A stretch of DNA of 62,967 nucleotides, the filler included, from Reclinomonas americana ATCC 50394 (lineage: Eukaryota): NCBI GenBank assembly GCA_048213135.1. It is 6 parts of 2 records of this genome, joined end to end, with 100 filler letters (N's around TTAATTAATTAA, not from the genome) between each part and the next. Parts side by side here need not be neighbours in the genome. Positions count along the whole stretch, not along the records: positions 29,934 to 53,760 come from PS015230.1; positions 53,861 to 57,611 come from PS015230.1; positions 57,712 to 62,967 come from PS015230.1; 3 more parts are not named here. The stretch is one strand, 5' to 3'. Below, in pieces: positions 51,905 to 62,967 of this stretch. The translations under genes were made by a program, and so were the position numbers. Position 1 is the stretch's first letter, and each line of letters begins with the position of its first letter. The notes under the pieces were generated by a model. It did no database searches and was not told where the DNA came from. It saw only the letters and a program-made list of their open reading frames with translations.

Positions 51905-53760
51905 CTACACGCGATGCAGGCGGTAGAGCCAGTCGGTGATGAGGGAGCTCATACCGAGACCCTCGGGTCCGTACGGCGCGCCAGTGTCGGGATTGTACTG
52001 CTCCGACACACCCGACAGCTCGTACAGCGACAGCCAGCGGTCCATGAACTCGTTTGCCACGTCAGTGTAGCCGTGGCGCACCAGGCCCTGAGCAGGCGGA
52101 GTGATTGAGAAAGAGAGAAGGAGAGGAGGACGCGTGGATGGCACAGGAGTGAGAACGCAACTTCCATCACAAACCAGTTGGGGAAGCCCCTGTTTCGGCA
52201 CGTGGTTTTTGAGACAAGCGACACGGAAAGGAAGGAGAAAGGGAGTGAGAGACATACCACACAGGCCCACGCCACATCAAGTCAATGGTGAACACGGGCT
52301 GGAACTCGGCCGTGTCTGCCGAAACACTCGGCAGCGGGAAGCGGCGCCAGAACTTGGCGGGGTTGGTGATTTGCGAGTGCACAATCGAGTCTGCTCCAGC
52401 GAGGCAAGTGAGTGAGTGACCTGCGCGGATTTCTCTTGAAAACGCGTGAGTGCACGCACCCTGAATGTCCTGCGGCAGGCTCTCCAGCATGAGCGGGAAG
52501 AGCGACTGCACGGCCTCCACGTTCGAGCGTGCCTCCGAACCGTCCTTGGCGCGGTACAGCGAGATGAAGCGCTTCAGCTGCGGGTCCCAGCACTTTTTGA
52601 TAATGGCCTGCTCCGCCACGCCCTGCACCGACACCCAAGTGTGAGAGAGCAGGCGGTGATGATGATGATGATGAGCAACCGACCTGCGCGGCCTTGCACT
52701 CGGCGTACGTGGTCGAGTCGCCCACAAACTTGGCCACCTCCGCCAGCACTCCCCAGCCGGCAGCGTAGACCGCGTTCACGCCCACATCCTTCACCACAAA
52801 CCATCCGTCAATCAAGTCAAAAGGCGCCTTGGTGCGGTGCAGGATCTCGTGCTGGTCCCAATGATACCGCATGGTGTAGTCGACGCAAAGCTCGACAAAC
52901 TTCGGGTACAGCTCCAGCAGCGTCGGCTTTGGGTTGCGCACGTTGTACGCCGGATCGTACAGTGGCGACGCATCGAGACCGCTCTCCCACGAGTGCAAAA
53001 TCGAGACGAGGCCGTCGCCGTCTACATCGCGCGTCGCTGCGCAGAGAGAGAGAGAGCGAAGGAATCAGCAACAGCAAGAAAAAGAAAGAAAGAGAGAGGG
53101 ACGCCTGCAACGCAACTCTTCCACCAGCGCCAATAGCGCACCAGCGGGTACAGGAACTCGCGCGCCAGCTGCTGCTGCATGGACGGGTTCTCGGCGGTGG
53201 CATTGAGAATGGCACGCAGCGAGAACGCCAACACCGGCATTTGCGTCAGCGGCGTCATCTTGTCGTTGCCATACTGCAAATCATCCTCAATGATCAACTC
53301 GCGACTCTGCGGTCCCCAGAAGATGATCTCCGGAATGCGTCTGCATAGAAGTGAGCAGGTGGATGATCGGCGTGTCTCCACAGACAGAGTGCTCACCCGT
53401 CGGGCTGCTGCATCTGCAGCATGGTGCGCATGGAGAGGATTGAGTTGGTCACATTACGGTGCGACCTATGCAACAAATGAGCATGTGGCGCCGGAAGAAC
53501 GACACAGAGGCGCAGAGAGTCACACCAAGAGATCATGTGCGATCCGTCGTCCCACAGCCACTGAAACGCCCCGTACTTGCCAAGAGAAGGCCGGAAAAAG
53601 TGAAAGTTGAGTCCCCCTGATGGAACAACAACATCAACGACTGGTGGTGTGCACACGCAGAGAGAGAATCAATCAACGCAACACTTCTCGCCCTCGCACA
53701 AGTGCGACTGGAGGTACCCGTAGCACTTCTCGACGACCTGCTGCGCAGAGGAGAGGCCGG
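51905..53760 (-). CDS. Glycoside hydrolase of the GH63 / MGH1-like (mannosyl-/glucosylglycerate hydrolase-like) type; 5' end in gap
   Basis: Motifs YGAFQWLWD, TQMPV, RDVDGDGLVSILHSWESGLDASP, MWRGPVWGFPNW and EQYNPDTG. Confidence 0.88.
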
Positions 53761-53860
53761 NNNNNNNNNNNNNNNNNNNNNNNNNNNNNNNNNNNNNNNN
53801 NNNNTTAATTAATTAANNNNNNNNNNNNNNNNNNNNNNNNNNNNNNNNNNNNNNNNNNNN
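53761..53860. other. Artificial scaffold linker
   Basis: N-TTAATTAATTAA-N, 100 nt. Confidence 0.95.
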
Positions 53861-54411
53861 TGACCCGACACAGGCCGCCGCCGATCACACCGTGTTCCTG
53901 TCGTGCTCTGGTCGCACCCTCGTGCACCCACTCGACCCCAACGCTGCCGACTTGTTCCTCATCATCACGTCGATCCACACGGTGAACAGTGGTGCGTCGG
54001 GCGCCAATGCCGCCCACATGCCGGCGTCTTCCGCCGGCATGCCATGACGACGAACGACGTGGTTCCTTTCCTTTGTTTATTGCCCGCGATGCCGTTACCG
54101 TATGGGCGGCACGTATCCATGTTTTTCTATGTGTCTGTTTTGCGAGAAAGAAAAGATAGGAGTCGATCAACGCACGGGCGGAGCTCGAGGTGTGATGATT
54201 GCAATTTGATGGGTTAGTTCTGACTCGAGCTGAAAAAGGCAATGCTTTCCGGAGTGTCTCTTACCGTGAGGAGCGGCAGAGATGCTTTTTGCTCATAAAC
54301 ATGCTCGTGTGTGAAGTGTGTGGCACCCAGAGACGATAATTGTTTGTTGTTGTTGTTGAGAATAATGAAATGAATTTCGATCGTATGCGTTTCAAAAAAT
54401 CCACGACACTT

Positions 54412-57347
54412 TTACGAGGACTTGCCCTTCTTCTTCTTCTCCTCTCCCGGAGTCGTTGACGCCGTGGTCATGCGCATTGCCAGTGCACCGAACCACGCCA
54501 GACAGGCCACGGCATAGACACGCGCAACGAGTGCAAGATGCGCCGGCAACTCCGTGTCCCCGAATGCAAATCCACTCATGAGAAGCGCGTGCGGGAACAG
54601 CAGCGTCAGCACCAGTCGCGCCACCTCCAGCAGTGCCCACGGACTCAGACGCGAGAAGGTGATGTTGTCCTCGCCGATCTTGCCAATGGTGGTGAGGATC
54701 CACACCTGTTGTTTTCTTCATCGGTCATGCCAAAAGAAGAACGAAGAAATCAATGTCCTCCGCCCTCGCACAACGCAACGCAGTAGGCGGCCTTGCTGAG
54801 GAATCCCAAAGTGTCGAGTGGGAAGATGCTGATGGGCAGGAACACCAGCACCGACGCCACGTACTGCGCAAAGGCGTACACCTTGAGTGGGCCGGCAGGT
54901 CGCGGATTGAAAACCGGGCTCTGACGAGCAAGGAGAGTTGAGCAGTGTGTGGAACATGTCTTTGTGTGAATGAATGCGTCACACACCTTGCTGGGGTCGA
55001 CCTCCGGCGCGCCGTAGGGGTGCGCCGGATCCAGCGGGTTCCAGGCCGGGCCGCGGAACATGACTGGCGAGGACAGGAACATCAAAAAGGAGAGAGGGAA
55101 TGAGGGGAAGAGAGAGACAAACCGCCGAGTTTCTGCCACCAGTGCGGCAGCGAGAGCACTTGCTTGAAGATGCCGGCAAAGTGCTCAAACTGCGTCCACA
55201 ATGGATCGTAGGTGGTGATGGGGTGCACCAGGCCGTACACCACTTGCTCGCCCTCCGGCTCAAACGACTTGTACATGCGGTCGAAAATGATCAGCACGCC
55301 ACCGTAGTTGCGGTCCAAGTAGCGTGGCTGGATGATGGGGGAGAAGGGAACGGGGGAAAGGGGGAGTGAGCGTGGGGGAGGGAGAAAAGAATGCACAAAG
55401 AGTGATGCAGAAGAAGAGATGGAAAACACAAGAAGAGGAGTAACGGCAACAAGTGCAACGTGAACCACCGCCAGAGCGATAACGTGAAGGAGGAACACTG
55501 AGAACAACACCAAGATGGAGGAGGCGGAGGAGGAGGAGGCGGAGGAGAAGGAGGAGGAGGAGAAGAAGAAGAAAAGAAGAAAAGAAGTAGAGGGAGCACA
55601 GGGAGAATGAGAAGATGGAGAAGAAAATAGAGGAGGAGGACAGGAAGAAGGAGAAGAGATGACACTATGACGGAGAGAAGAAGAGGTGGACGGAGAAGAC
55701 AGGAAGAAGATTTCAGCAGCAAGGACAACAACAGAGTGACACCCAGAAGGAAGATGACGAGGAGGAGAAGAAGGAGGAGAAGGCGAGGGAGAAAAAGATG
55801 AAGGAGAAGAAAAGAGAGGAGGAGAACGGGAAGAACGAGAAGAAGATGCCACAATGACGGAGGGAAGAGGAGACAAGAAGACAAGAAGAGGAATACCAGC
55901 AACAAGGGCAACAAGCACCATCGCCAGAGAGCCAACATGAACAAGGAACAAGAAGAAGAACAACAACAACAACTAGGAGGAGGAGGAGGAGGAGAAGAAG
56001 TAGAAGAAGAAGAACAACAACAACAACAACAACAACGACGCCGACGACAAGAACAAGTGGAAGAAGAGGAAAAAGAAGAAGAAGCAACACCAACAACAGC
56101 AGCAGCGACAACAACAACGAGGGAAGAGGAGCAACAATGAGAGGAGATGAGCTCACGCAACATTCCTCCCGTGATGCACGCGATGATGCGACGGCGTGTT
56201 CAACCACCACTCGATCCACCACGGCAGCCGATCCACCGCCTGCGTATGAATCCAAAACCTACCGATCCGCAGCGGTAAGCTCACCAGCCAGCAAAGGGAA
56301 AGAAACCCTTCACATGAGCGACTCACTGGTAAATCAAGTTGATCTGGCTGTGCAGCACAAAGAGACTCGGGTGGATGAACGTGGCCAGCGGCAAGTAGAA
56401 CTGAGCGCACGCAAGCAAGTGGGTGAGCAGCCCACGAATGAGGAGAGGAGAGGAGAGGAGAGAAGGGAAAAGAAGAGAAGGGAAGAGAAGAGAAGGGAAG
56501 AGAAGAGAAGGGAGAGAGAGAAGGAGAGAGAGAGAAGGGAAGAGAAGAGAAGGGAGAAGGACAGAGGGAAGAGATGAGAAGGTGAGAGACGAGGAAATGA
56601 AAGGAAGAGACGAGGGAGAAGAGATGAGGTGAGGAGAGGAGAGAAGTGTAGAAGAGGAGAAAAAAAGGAGAAGAGAGAGCAGAAAAGAGGAGAGGAGGCG
56701 AGAAGATGAGAAAAGAAGAAAAGGGAAGAGAAGGGAAGGGAAGAGAAGAAAAGTAGAGATGAGAGGAGGGGAGAAGAGATGAAGAGAGATGATGACCGGG
56801 AAGAAATGAAGATACAGGAGGAGGAGAAGAAGAGAAGAGGAGAAGAGAAGAGGAGAGGAGAAGAGGAGAGGAGAAGAGATGAAGACGAAGAGAAGAGAAG
56901 CGCGGAGAAGAGATGACGAGAGATGAGAATGGAAGAGAAGAGGAGAGAAGAGGAGAGAAGAGAGGAGAAGAAGTAGAAGAAGTAGCGCAAGCTCATGTCA
57001 CTGCTGTCTCCCTCTTGCGCACCATGAATCCAAAGAGACCCTGCGTGGCACCCTGACGCAGCGCCGTCGTCAGGTTATACTCCTCCGACGAGTGATGCGT
57101 AATATGCGCGCCCCATCCCAGATTGCACTCGTGCGTCGCCCGATGCAACCAGTAATACGAGTGATCCACCAGCAGTGCGACCACCACATGCGCCACCCAT
57201 CCCGCATTCTCCAGCGACCAGTAATGCGCAAAACGCGCGTAACGAAACACCGCCGCAAAGGTCATTACGTTGACAAAGTTGACACACAGTTTGCCGAGAA
57301 GCTGCTGCACCATGCCCGCTGTCAACGACGAGAACGAGTCGTTCAAC
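54412..57347 (-). CDS. AGMO: Alkylglycerol monooxygenase-like fatty acid hydroxylase; 5' end in gap
   Basis: His boxes YYWLHRATHE, AHITHHSSEEYNLTTALRQ and FWIHT...NTPSHHRVHHGRN. Also DRNYGGVLIIFDRM, VYGLVHP and FRGPAW, plus C-terminal TM helices. Confidence 0.9.
55330..56990. repeat. Long purine-rich (GA/GAA/GGA) low-complexity tracts forming two AGMO introns
   Basis: The plus strand is almost purely A/G at about 55330-56150 and 56440-56990, flanking short exons. Confidence 0.8.
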
Positions 57348-57509
57348 CTGTGACATGTGAGCGCGAGAGTGAGCGAGTGAGTGAGTGGCAGGAGGAGAGT
57401 GAGTGAGTGAGTGAGTGTGTGTATGTGTCTGCAGTGAACGAGTGAGCGAGTGATTGCGTGTCTCCCTTGCATCTCTGTCTCTTTCTTGTCTCGTGTGCAT
57501 ACATGCATG

Positions 57510-57603
<94 letters not shown>

Positions 57604-57611
57604 CGTTCGTT

Positions 57612-57711
57612 NNNNNNNNNNNNNNNNNNNNNNNNNNNNNNNNNNNNNNNNNNNNTTAATTAATTAANNNNNNNNNNNNNNNNNNNNNNNNNNNNNNNNN
57701 NNNNNNNNNNN
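57612..57711. other. Artificial scaffold linker
   Basis: N-TTAATTAATTAA-N, 100 nt. Confidence 0.95.
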
Positions 57712-60090
57712 GCAGCACCGTCATCGGAGATCGACTCCGAGGTCGAGGATGACGTACTGGCCGTGGCGCCGCATTCGTTGCGCAGTATTCCATTTGTGAC
57801 GGATGAAAAGAAAAAGGTGACGGCTACGACGACGCATAGGCGATCGCCTTCGCATGGAACGCAGTTGCTAATGGGCAAGTCGCCACCTCCACCGCCTGCC
57901 GCTGCTGCTTTGGGGAATCAGAAGGGTGTGTCGTTTGCGGTACATAAGCGATCGCCGTCGATGGGAGGTGCGGTGCCGAAGGTGTGGGCGGCGGATTATG
58001 TAGAGGCGGAGCTGGGCTCGTTTCTGGCACCCGTGGGGAAGGCGCAGTCGTCACCGAATGTGCCGCTCACGAATAGTTTTGTGGATGCGCCGCCGTTGGT
58101 GCGCGATACGCTGCGTGGGGGCAATAATGGTACGGCGGCGCGCATGTTGCGATTAGCGCTGGCCAGTGCCGGCAACTCCCCTGCTCCTGCTGCTGCTACT
58201 GCTGCGACAACGGCAACCACTGCGCCAAGCAGCAACGGAAACTCGCCACGGACGGCCCGTGCGCAACACAATGTCACGATTCGACCACCGATGCCTGTCG
58301 ACACGGTCGAGCCGCTGCAGTCGCCGCTGTCTGCCATGCCTCCACGTGTCGAGTTGCGTCGGCCGACGTGCGGACTCTATTTTTGTGTGTGTATATATCG
58401 CATCTCACTCTCCATTGTCGTGCAGACGGCAGCGAAGACCATCGGTGCGATCGCCGCCGAGTATGCCCGACGATGATGATGTGCCGATCCGGCGCTTCCA
58501 CTCGGACGCGGTGGTGTCTGCGCGGGGTGTGGCTGCAGCTGGCAGAGCAATGCCTGTCGAGCGGCTGCCGGTGGTGGTGGCCGAGACGGAGGAGAACAGG
58601 AGACATTCGGCCAATGCGCAGCTCGAGCCCATCTCGCCCGACAGTCCCGATGCGCAGCCTGCACTCGGTGTTGTTGCCGCCTCTGCCGCCGGTGGCGGTG
58701 GGAGCGCGTCGGCATCGGGGGTAGCGCGGCGACACTCGACCGACTGCATCGTGCTGACCAAGGTGCAATTGGTGACGGAGAGCAAGAATGTGCGCATGTA
58801 CAAGGCGTGTGTGGGTGAAACCGGCGATCTGGCGTCGCTCAAGGTGTACAAGAGAGTGGCGTTGTCACCCGAGGTGCGTACTTGTGTGTGAAAAATGCGC
58901 CCCCCATGCTGGTACTCAGGCGCTTGCAGGTGTGGAGTCGGCCAGAGCCGCTGGGGTCGAGCGAGGGCGCGGAGACATTCCTGGCGCTCCACGTACCCAC
59001 CAATCAGACGCTGCTGGTGCATCATCTGCAGTGGGGCGAGGATGAGCAGGAGGTGGACGGGAGAGTGATGGGTACGTTATCATGCAGTCTGTTTTCCGCA
59101 CGAAAACGCCAGGATGGGCTGAAGGTGAATGTGCGTGCAGGCGAGGTGGTGGAAGCGGTGAAGCGGAGAGCCATGTTGGAGCACCCGTCGGTGACACGCT
59201 GCTTGTTTTGCGACTTTGGACCGCGCCATCTGACGGTGGCGAGTGAGCATGTTCCAGGTGTGCTGGCTGCGCTGTGATTCGTCTGGCCGCCTTTCTGCGT
59301 TCGCGTGTTGATTGATTGATTTTTGCAGGTGGCCGCTCGCTGTTCTCGCTCATCAAGGAAACCAAGGGGCCACTGCCGCTTGCCACCATGGCGCGGTACA
59401 CGCGCGACCTCATCGACATTCTTCACTACCTCCACTCGCCCTACCGCGGTGGCGGAGTCGGGCATTTCGACTTGAAGAGCAGCAATGTGACGGTGGTGGG
59501 TGGCAAGTGTCGACTCGGCGGCTTTGCCAGTGCTCCAATACGTTGCGTCGATGAGGGGCGGAGAGGGCAAAGGGGGGAGAGAGAAATGGAGAGACATGAT
59601 TTTTTTTATCCATTTCCTGATGCTCACTGGGATGCGCACAGGGAAACTGTCGGCACCCCACTACCTCCAATCACTGGCCGACGAACCATGCTCCTCGGTT
59701 CGCTACTTTCCCCCAGAAGCGATTCGTGACGACGCCTGTGATTTGTTGCGTGCGCCTCCCTCCCCATCACCGGTCTTGTGCTGGAAGAATGATAATGACA
59801 CATGCCAATGCAGGGCGGCCGACATTTGGGCTCTCGGTTGCCTGCTGGTGGAGATGAGTACAGGACAGCCGCCTTACGGCACCTCCGCGAAACCCGTTCA
59901 GCTCTTCTTCCGCATCGGCTGTGGCGACCTGCCGGTGCCGGACGATCGCAGCGCCCCGCATCTCGGCGAGCACGGACGCGACCTGGTGAGAAGATGTCTT
60001 GCCGTGTCCTCCAGCGACCGGCCACCGGCCTCTGCTCTCCTCGACCACCCGTTCCTCGCCGCCGCTTCTGCCGCGGTTGGGCGGCACTAA
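57712..60090 (+). CDS. STE/MAP3K-like kinase-fold protein with degenerate motifs (probable pseudokinase); 5' end in gap
   Basis: Long S/P-rich N-terminal region, then ASLKVYK, LEHPSV, EHVPG|GRSL, HFDLKSSN, RLGGFA, YFPPE, ADIWALGCLLVEMSTGQPPY and RPPASALLDHPF. Confidence 0.85.
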
Positions 60091-60355
60091 ATAATTATGC
60101 TGCAGCTGCGGGGTGAAGGTGGCCATGGATAAGGAGTGTATATTTGTTGGAAATGTTATGGCAACGGAGGCAGTCATTCTCTTTCGAGCCCAGGTGCTTT
60201 CCTCTCTGCGTGTACCGTCTCTGCATTGTTTGCTGGTCAACTGCATGGCACTTAAGTGGCCGGCGCCCAACGTCGGCTGACACAAGGGACACTCTTTCCG
60301 ACGTACTCTCTCGCGCAATCACACAACCTCTCACTCACACACACTCTCGTGCACC

Positions 60356-61468
60356 ATGTCCACTGCTCCTCCTCCTGTCTTCCTCCGCCAGCATGTGCTG
60401 GAGGGGCACATTGGACGGGTACACGCTGTCGCCGTGACTCCCGACGGTCAGCACATTGTGAGCGGAGGTGACGACATGATGGTGCGCGTGTGGTCACTTG
60501 CGACTGGAAAGGAAGTGCGGCGGCTGGAAGGACATACCTCATGGATAACAGCCGTCGCAGTGACTCCCGATGGACAGCACGTTGTGAGTGGGAGTCACGA
60601 CAAATCAGTGCGGGTGTGGTCGTTGGCGAGTGGAGAACAAGTGCGACGGTTTACCGAACGCTCCAAAGAAGTGAACTGTGTCGCCATCACACCTGATGGT
60701 CAGTGCATCGTCGGTGGGAGCAATGACAAGACTGCACGAGTGTGGTCGGTGGCCAGTGGGAAAATCGTACGACGATTGGAGGGCCATAGAGATGGCGTGA
60801 AATGTGTTGCTGTCACTCCCGATGGTCATCATGTTGTGACTGGGAGCGGGTATCCTGGCACGACGGCGCGGGTGTGGTCACTGGCCAGTGGGGAAGAAGT
60901 GAGGTGCTTGGAGGGTCACAGGGGTGTGGTGAGCTGTGTTGAAATCACTCCTTGTGGACAGCATGTTGTGACGGGGAGTTGCTATCCAGACAGGACTGTG
61001 CGGGTGTGGTCACTGGCGAGTGGAGAGGAGATACGACGATTGGAGGGACACGAGCGTGGGGTGCGTTCAGTCGCCGTTACTCCCAATGGCCAGCACATCG
61101 TGAGTGGAAGCGAAGATAACAGCATACGAGTGTGGTCGCTGGCGAGCGGGCAGGAAGTGCTGCGGCTGAAGGGACACGCTCACTGGGTGTGCTCAGTTGC
61201 CGTTTCTCTCGACGGCCAACACATCGTGAGTGCGGGCTACGACAAGACGGTGCAAGTGTGGTCCACTCCGCGCGGCCTCGCTCTGCAGGAGCTGCACGTA
61301 GCGCGCTCAGCAATGCTGGCTGTGCGGGAGATGCAGCAACAGGAGGAGGAGGGGGAAGAGATGATGGACTCACGATGCCTGCCGGATATGGTGCTGCGGT
61401 GCTTCATCGTCGAGGAGGCGGCCGTCGTCGTGCATCGATTGTTTGTCGACCCCGAGATGCATTTGTGA
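60356..61468 (+). CDS. Intronless WD40 protein, seven highly regular repeats plus short C-terminal tail
   Basis: Seven copies of LEGHxxxVxxVAVTPDGQHxVSGSxDxxVRVWSLASG in a single 370-aa ORF. Confidence 0.95.
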   Translation: MSTAPPPVFLRQHVLEGHIGRVHAVAVTPDGQHIVSGGDDMMVRVWSLATGKEVRRLEGHTSWITAVAVTPDGQHVVSGSHDKSVRVWSLASGEQVRRFTERSKEVNCVAITPDGQCIVGGSNDKTARVWSVASGKIVRRLEGHRDGVKCVAVTPDGHHVVTGSGYPGTTARVWSLASGEEVRCLEGHRGVVSCVEITPCGQHVVTGSCYPDRTVRVWSLASGEEIRRLEGHERGVRSVAVTPNGQHIVSGSEDNSIRVWSLASGQEVLRLKGHAHWVCSVAVSLDGQHIVSAGYDKTVQVWSTPRGLALQELHVARSAMLAVREMQQQEEEGEEMMDSRCLPDMVLRCFIVEEAAVVVHRLFVDPEMHL

Positions 61469-61615
61469 GTCGGTCGTCATGAGAGGCTGAGGGCGCAGCA
61501 AACAACAACAACAAATCCATCCACCAACAAACAAGCAGCAGTTGTCTTGATGACGAAGTTCAACCGTATCCAAAACATCAACATAGACACCAATTTTTAG
61601 GCAGCAGCAGGGTCC

Positions 61616-61646
<31 letters not shown>

Positions 61647-61826
61647 CGCTCTCGGAGGTTCGAACAAGTCGAGATCTGCGATCTTCACCGCATAAGCGTG
61701 GCTGACGCACAGACGCATAGCGTTTTCTGCGATTATACACGGCACATTGAATTCGGGAAAAGTGTCAGATCGCGTAATGTATGCTCCAATCCTCGTCTAT
61801 CACGTACCATCGACATCTCGGAAGAG

Positions 61827-62664
61827 AAGCATTGGTCGCGTTCGGAATTCAAATTCGTGTGCATACACAGCTGCAACATGTTGACCCGGACCAGCTTGTG
61901 TGTAGATTGCATGAATCCAAGGTGCGGCGGTCGTCAAGACGAGCTTGCATTTGCTGCTGTCGTGTTCGACATCCATGGATCCAAATATTGATCACGACGG
62001 TTTTCGTCCGTCGCAGCGCACAACAACTTCGGCGAGTCTCCGCCGCACGCACACACAAGCATGCTCTCCTTCCTCAACGCGCGCTCTCTCATGGGCGCCA
62101 CTGCTGCTGCAGCTCCATCGCCCGCTGCTCACAGTACTAGTCATCATCACGGCATGAACGGCCCGCGTTTCTCTCGCATGTCTCTCGCCATGATTGCTCT
62201 GTGGATCGCCAGCACGAGCTCTCTGAACAAAGTATGCTTCTGCATATGTGCAAGAACATGCAACTGGCCCGCTGCGGGGCCCGGAAATTTAAAAGCATTG
62301 GTCGCGTTCGGAATTCAAATTCGTGTGCATACACAGCTGCAACATGTCGACCGGGACCTGCTTGTGTGTCAATTGCTCGCATACTATTGGAAGCGGTCGT
62401 CCAGCCGAGCTTGCATTTGCTGCTGTCGTGTTCGACATCCAAATATTGATCACGACGGTTTTCGTCCGTCGCAGCGCACAACAACTCCGGCGAGTCTCCG
62501 CGACACGCACACACACAATGCTGTCCTTCCTCAACGCGCGCTCTCTCATGGGCGCCACCACTGCTGCAGCTCCATCGCCCTCTCCAGCTGCTCACCACCA
62601 TCACGGCATGAACGGCCCGCGTTTCTCTCGCATGTCTCTCGCCATGATTGCTCTGTGGATCGCC
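61827..62664. repeat. Tandem duplication of a ~380-bp unit (61827-62210 and 62293-62664)
   Basis: Both copies run from aagcattggtcgcgttcggaattcaaattcg to atgattgctctgtggatcgcc, with scattered substitutions and indels. Confidence 0.92.
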
Positions 62665-62967
62665 TGCATGAGCATTCACCAGTCAGACGCCGCCATTGGC
62701 ACCATCCAAACCGTCGCGCATGAGCTGTTGCACATCAACAGTTGCGTCTCTCTCTATGTGACACACACAATGTTTTTCGCGCCTTTTTTTCCTTCGTTGG
62801 TGTGTGTCTCACGCGTGGATGATTGTCGGGCGATGCTCGGCGTGTGTTGTTTCCCTGGCGTGTTTGTTTGTTTTTCGCGTGCGTGATTGTGTGCATTTCT
62901 GCGTGCATTGTTGATTGTGTGCATTGATTTGTGATTGTTTGTGACTGATTGCTTGCTTGCCTTTCGT

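Noticed and set aside
55082-56996. Long hydrophobic or poly-Ser/Leu ORFs
   Set aside because: Translations of purine/pyrimidine tracts inside AGMO introns.
156-61468. Alternative genetic code or stop readthrough to explain fragmented ORFs
   Set aside because: Every break examined is explained by GT-AG introns, and genes end in TAA, TAG and TGA.
61827-62664. CRISPR-like array or LTR pair
   Set aside because: Only two long adjacent copies, with no repeat-spacer periodicity and no TG...CA termini or internal retroelement.

Overview
This window comes from an intron-rich, GC-rich draft genome of a eukaryote. It is probably a flagellated protist (CFAP91 is present), but the species cannot be determined from the sequence. 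It uses the standard genetic code and has many (CA)n/(CT)n microsatellites, N-gaps and five artificial 100-nt N-TTAATTAATTAA-N scaffold linkers. Genes were reconstructed by hand-splicing. In order they are: a giant secreted Cys-rich GCC2/GCC3-repeat protein, two Ert1/AcuK-type Zn2Cys6-PAS transcription factors, a deoxynucleoside kinase, a thioredoxin...UBX gene head-to-head with CFAP91, a TKL kinase, TRIP4/ASC-1, a KEN+D-box securin-like gene, a compact EamA / His-phosphatase / EamA / GH63 block, AGMO, a DFG-less kinase and an intronless 7-blade WD40 gene. The most striking signal is a second, very abundant class of 5' splice site: H|GTTGCG (also GTTTCG, GTTGTG, GTTGAG). It looks like the normal G|GTGCG donor shifted by one base. 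I found about 28 cases across 11 genes on both strands, and none follows an exonic G. All gene models are manual and lack RNA-seq support.
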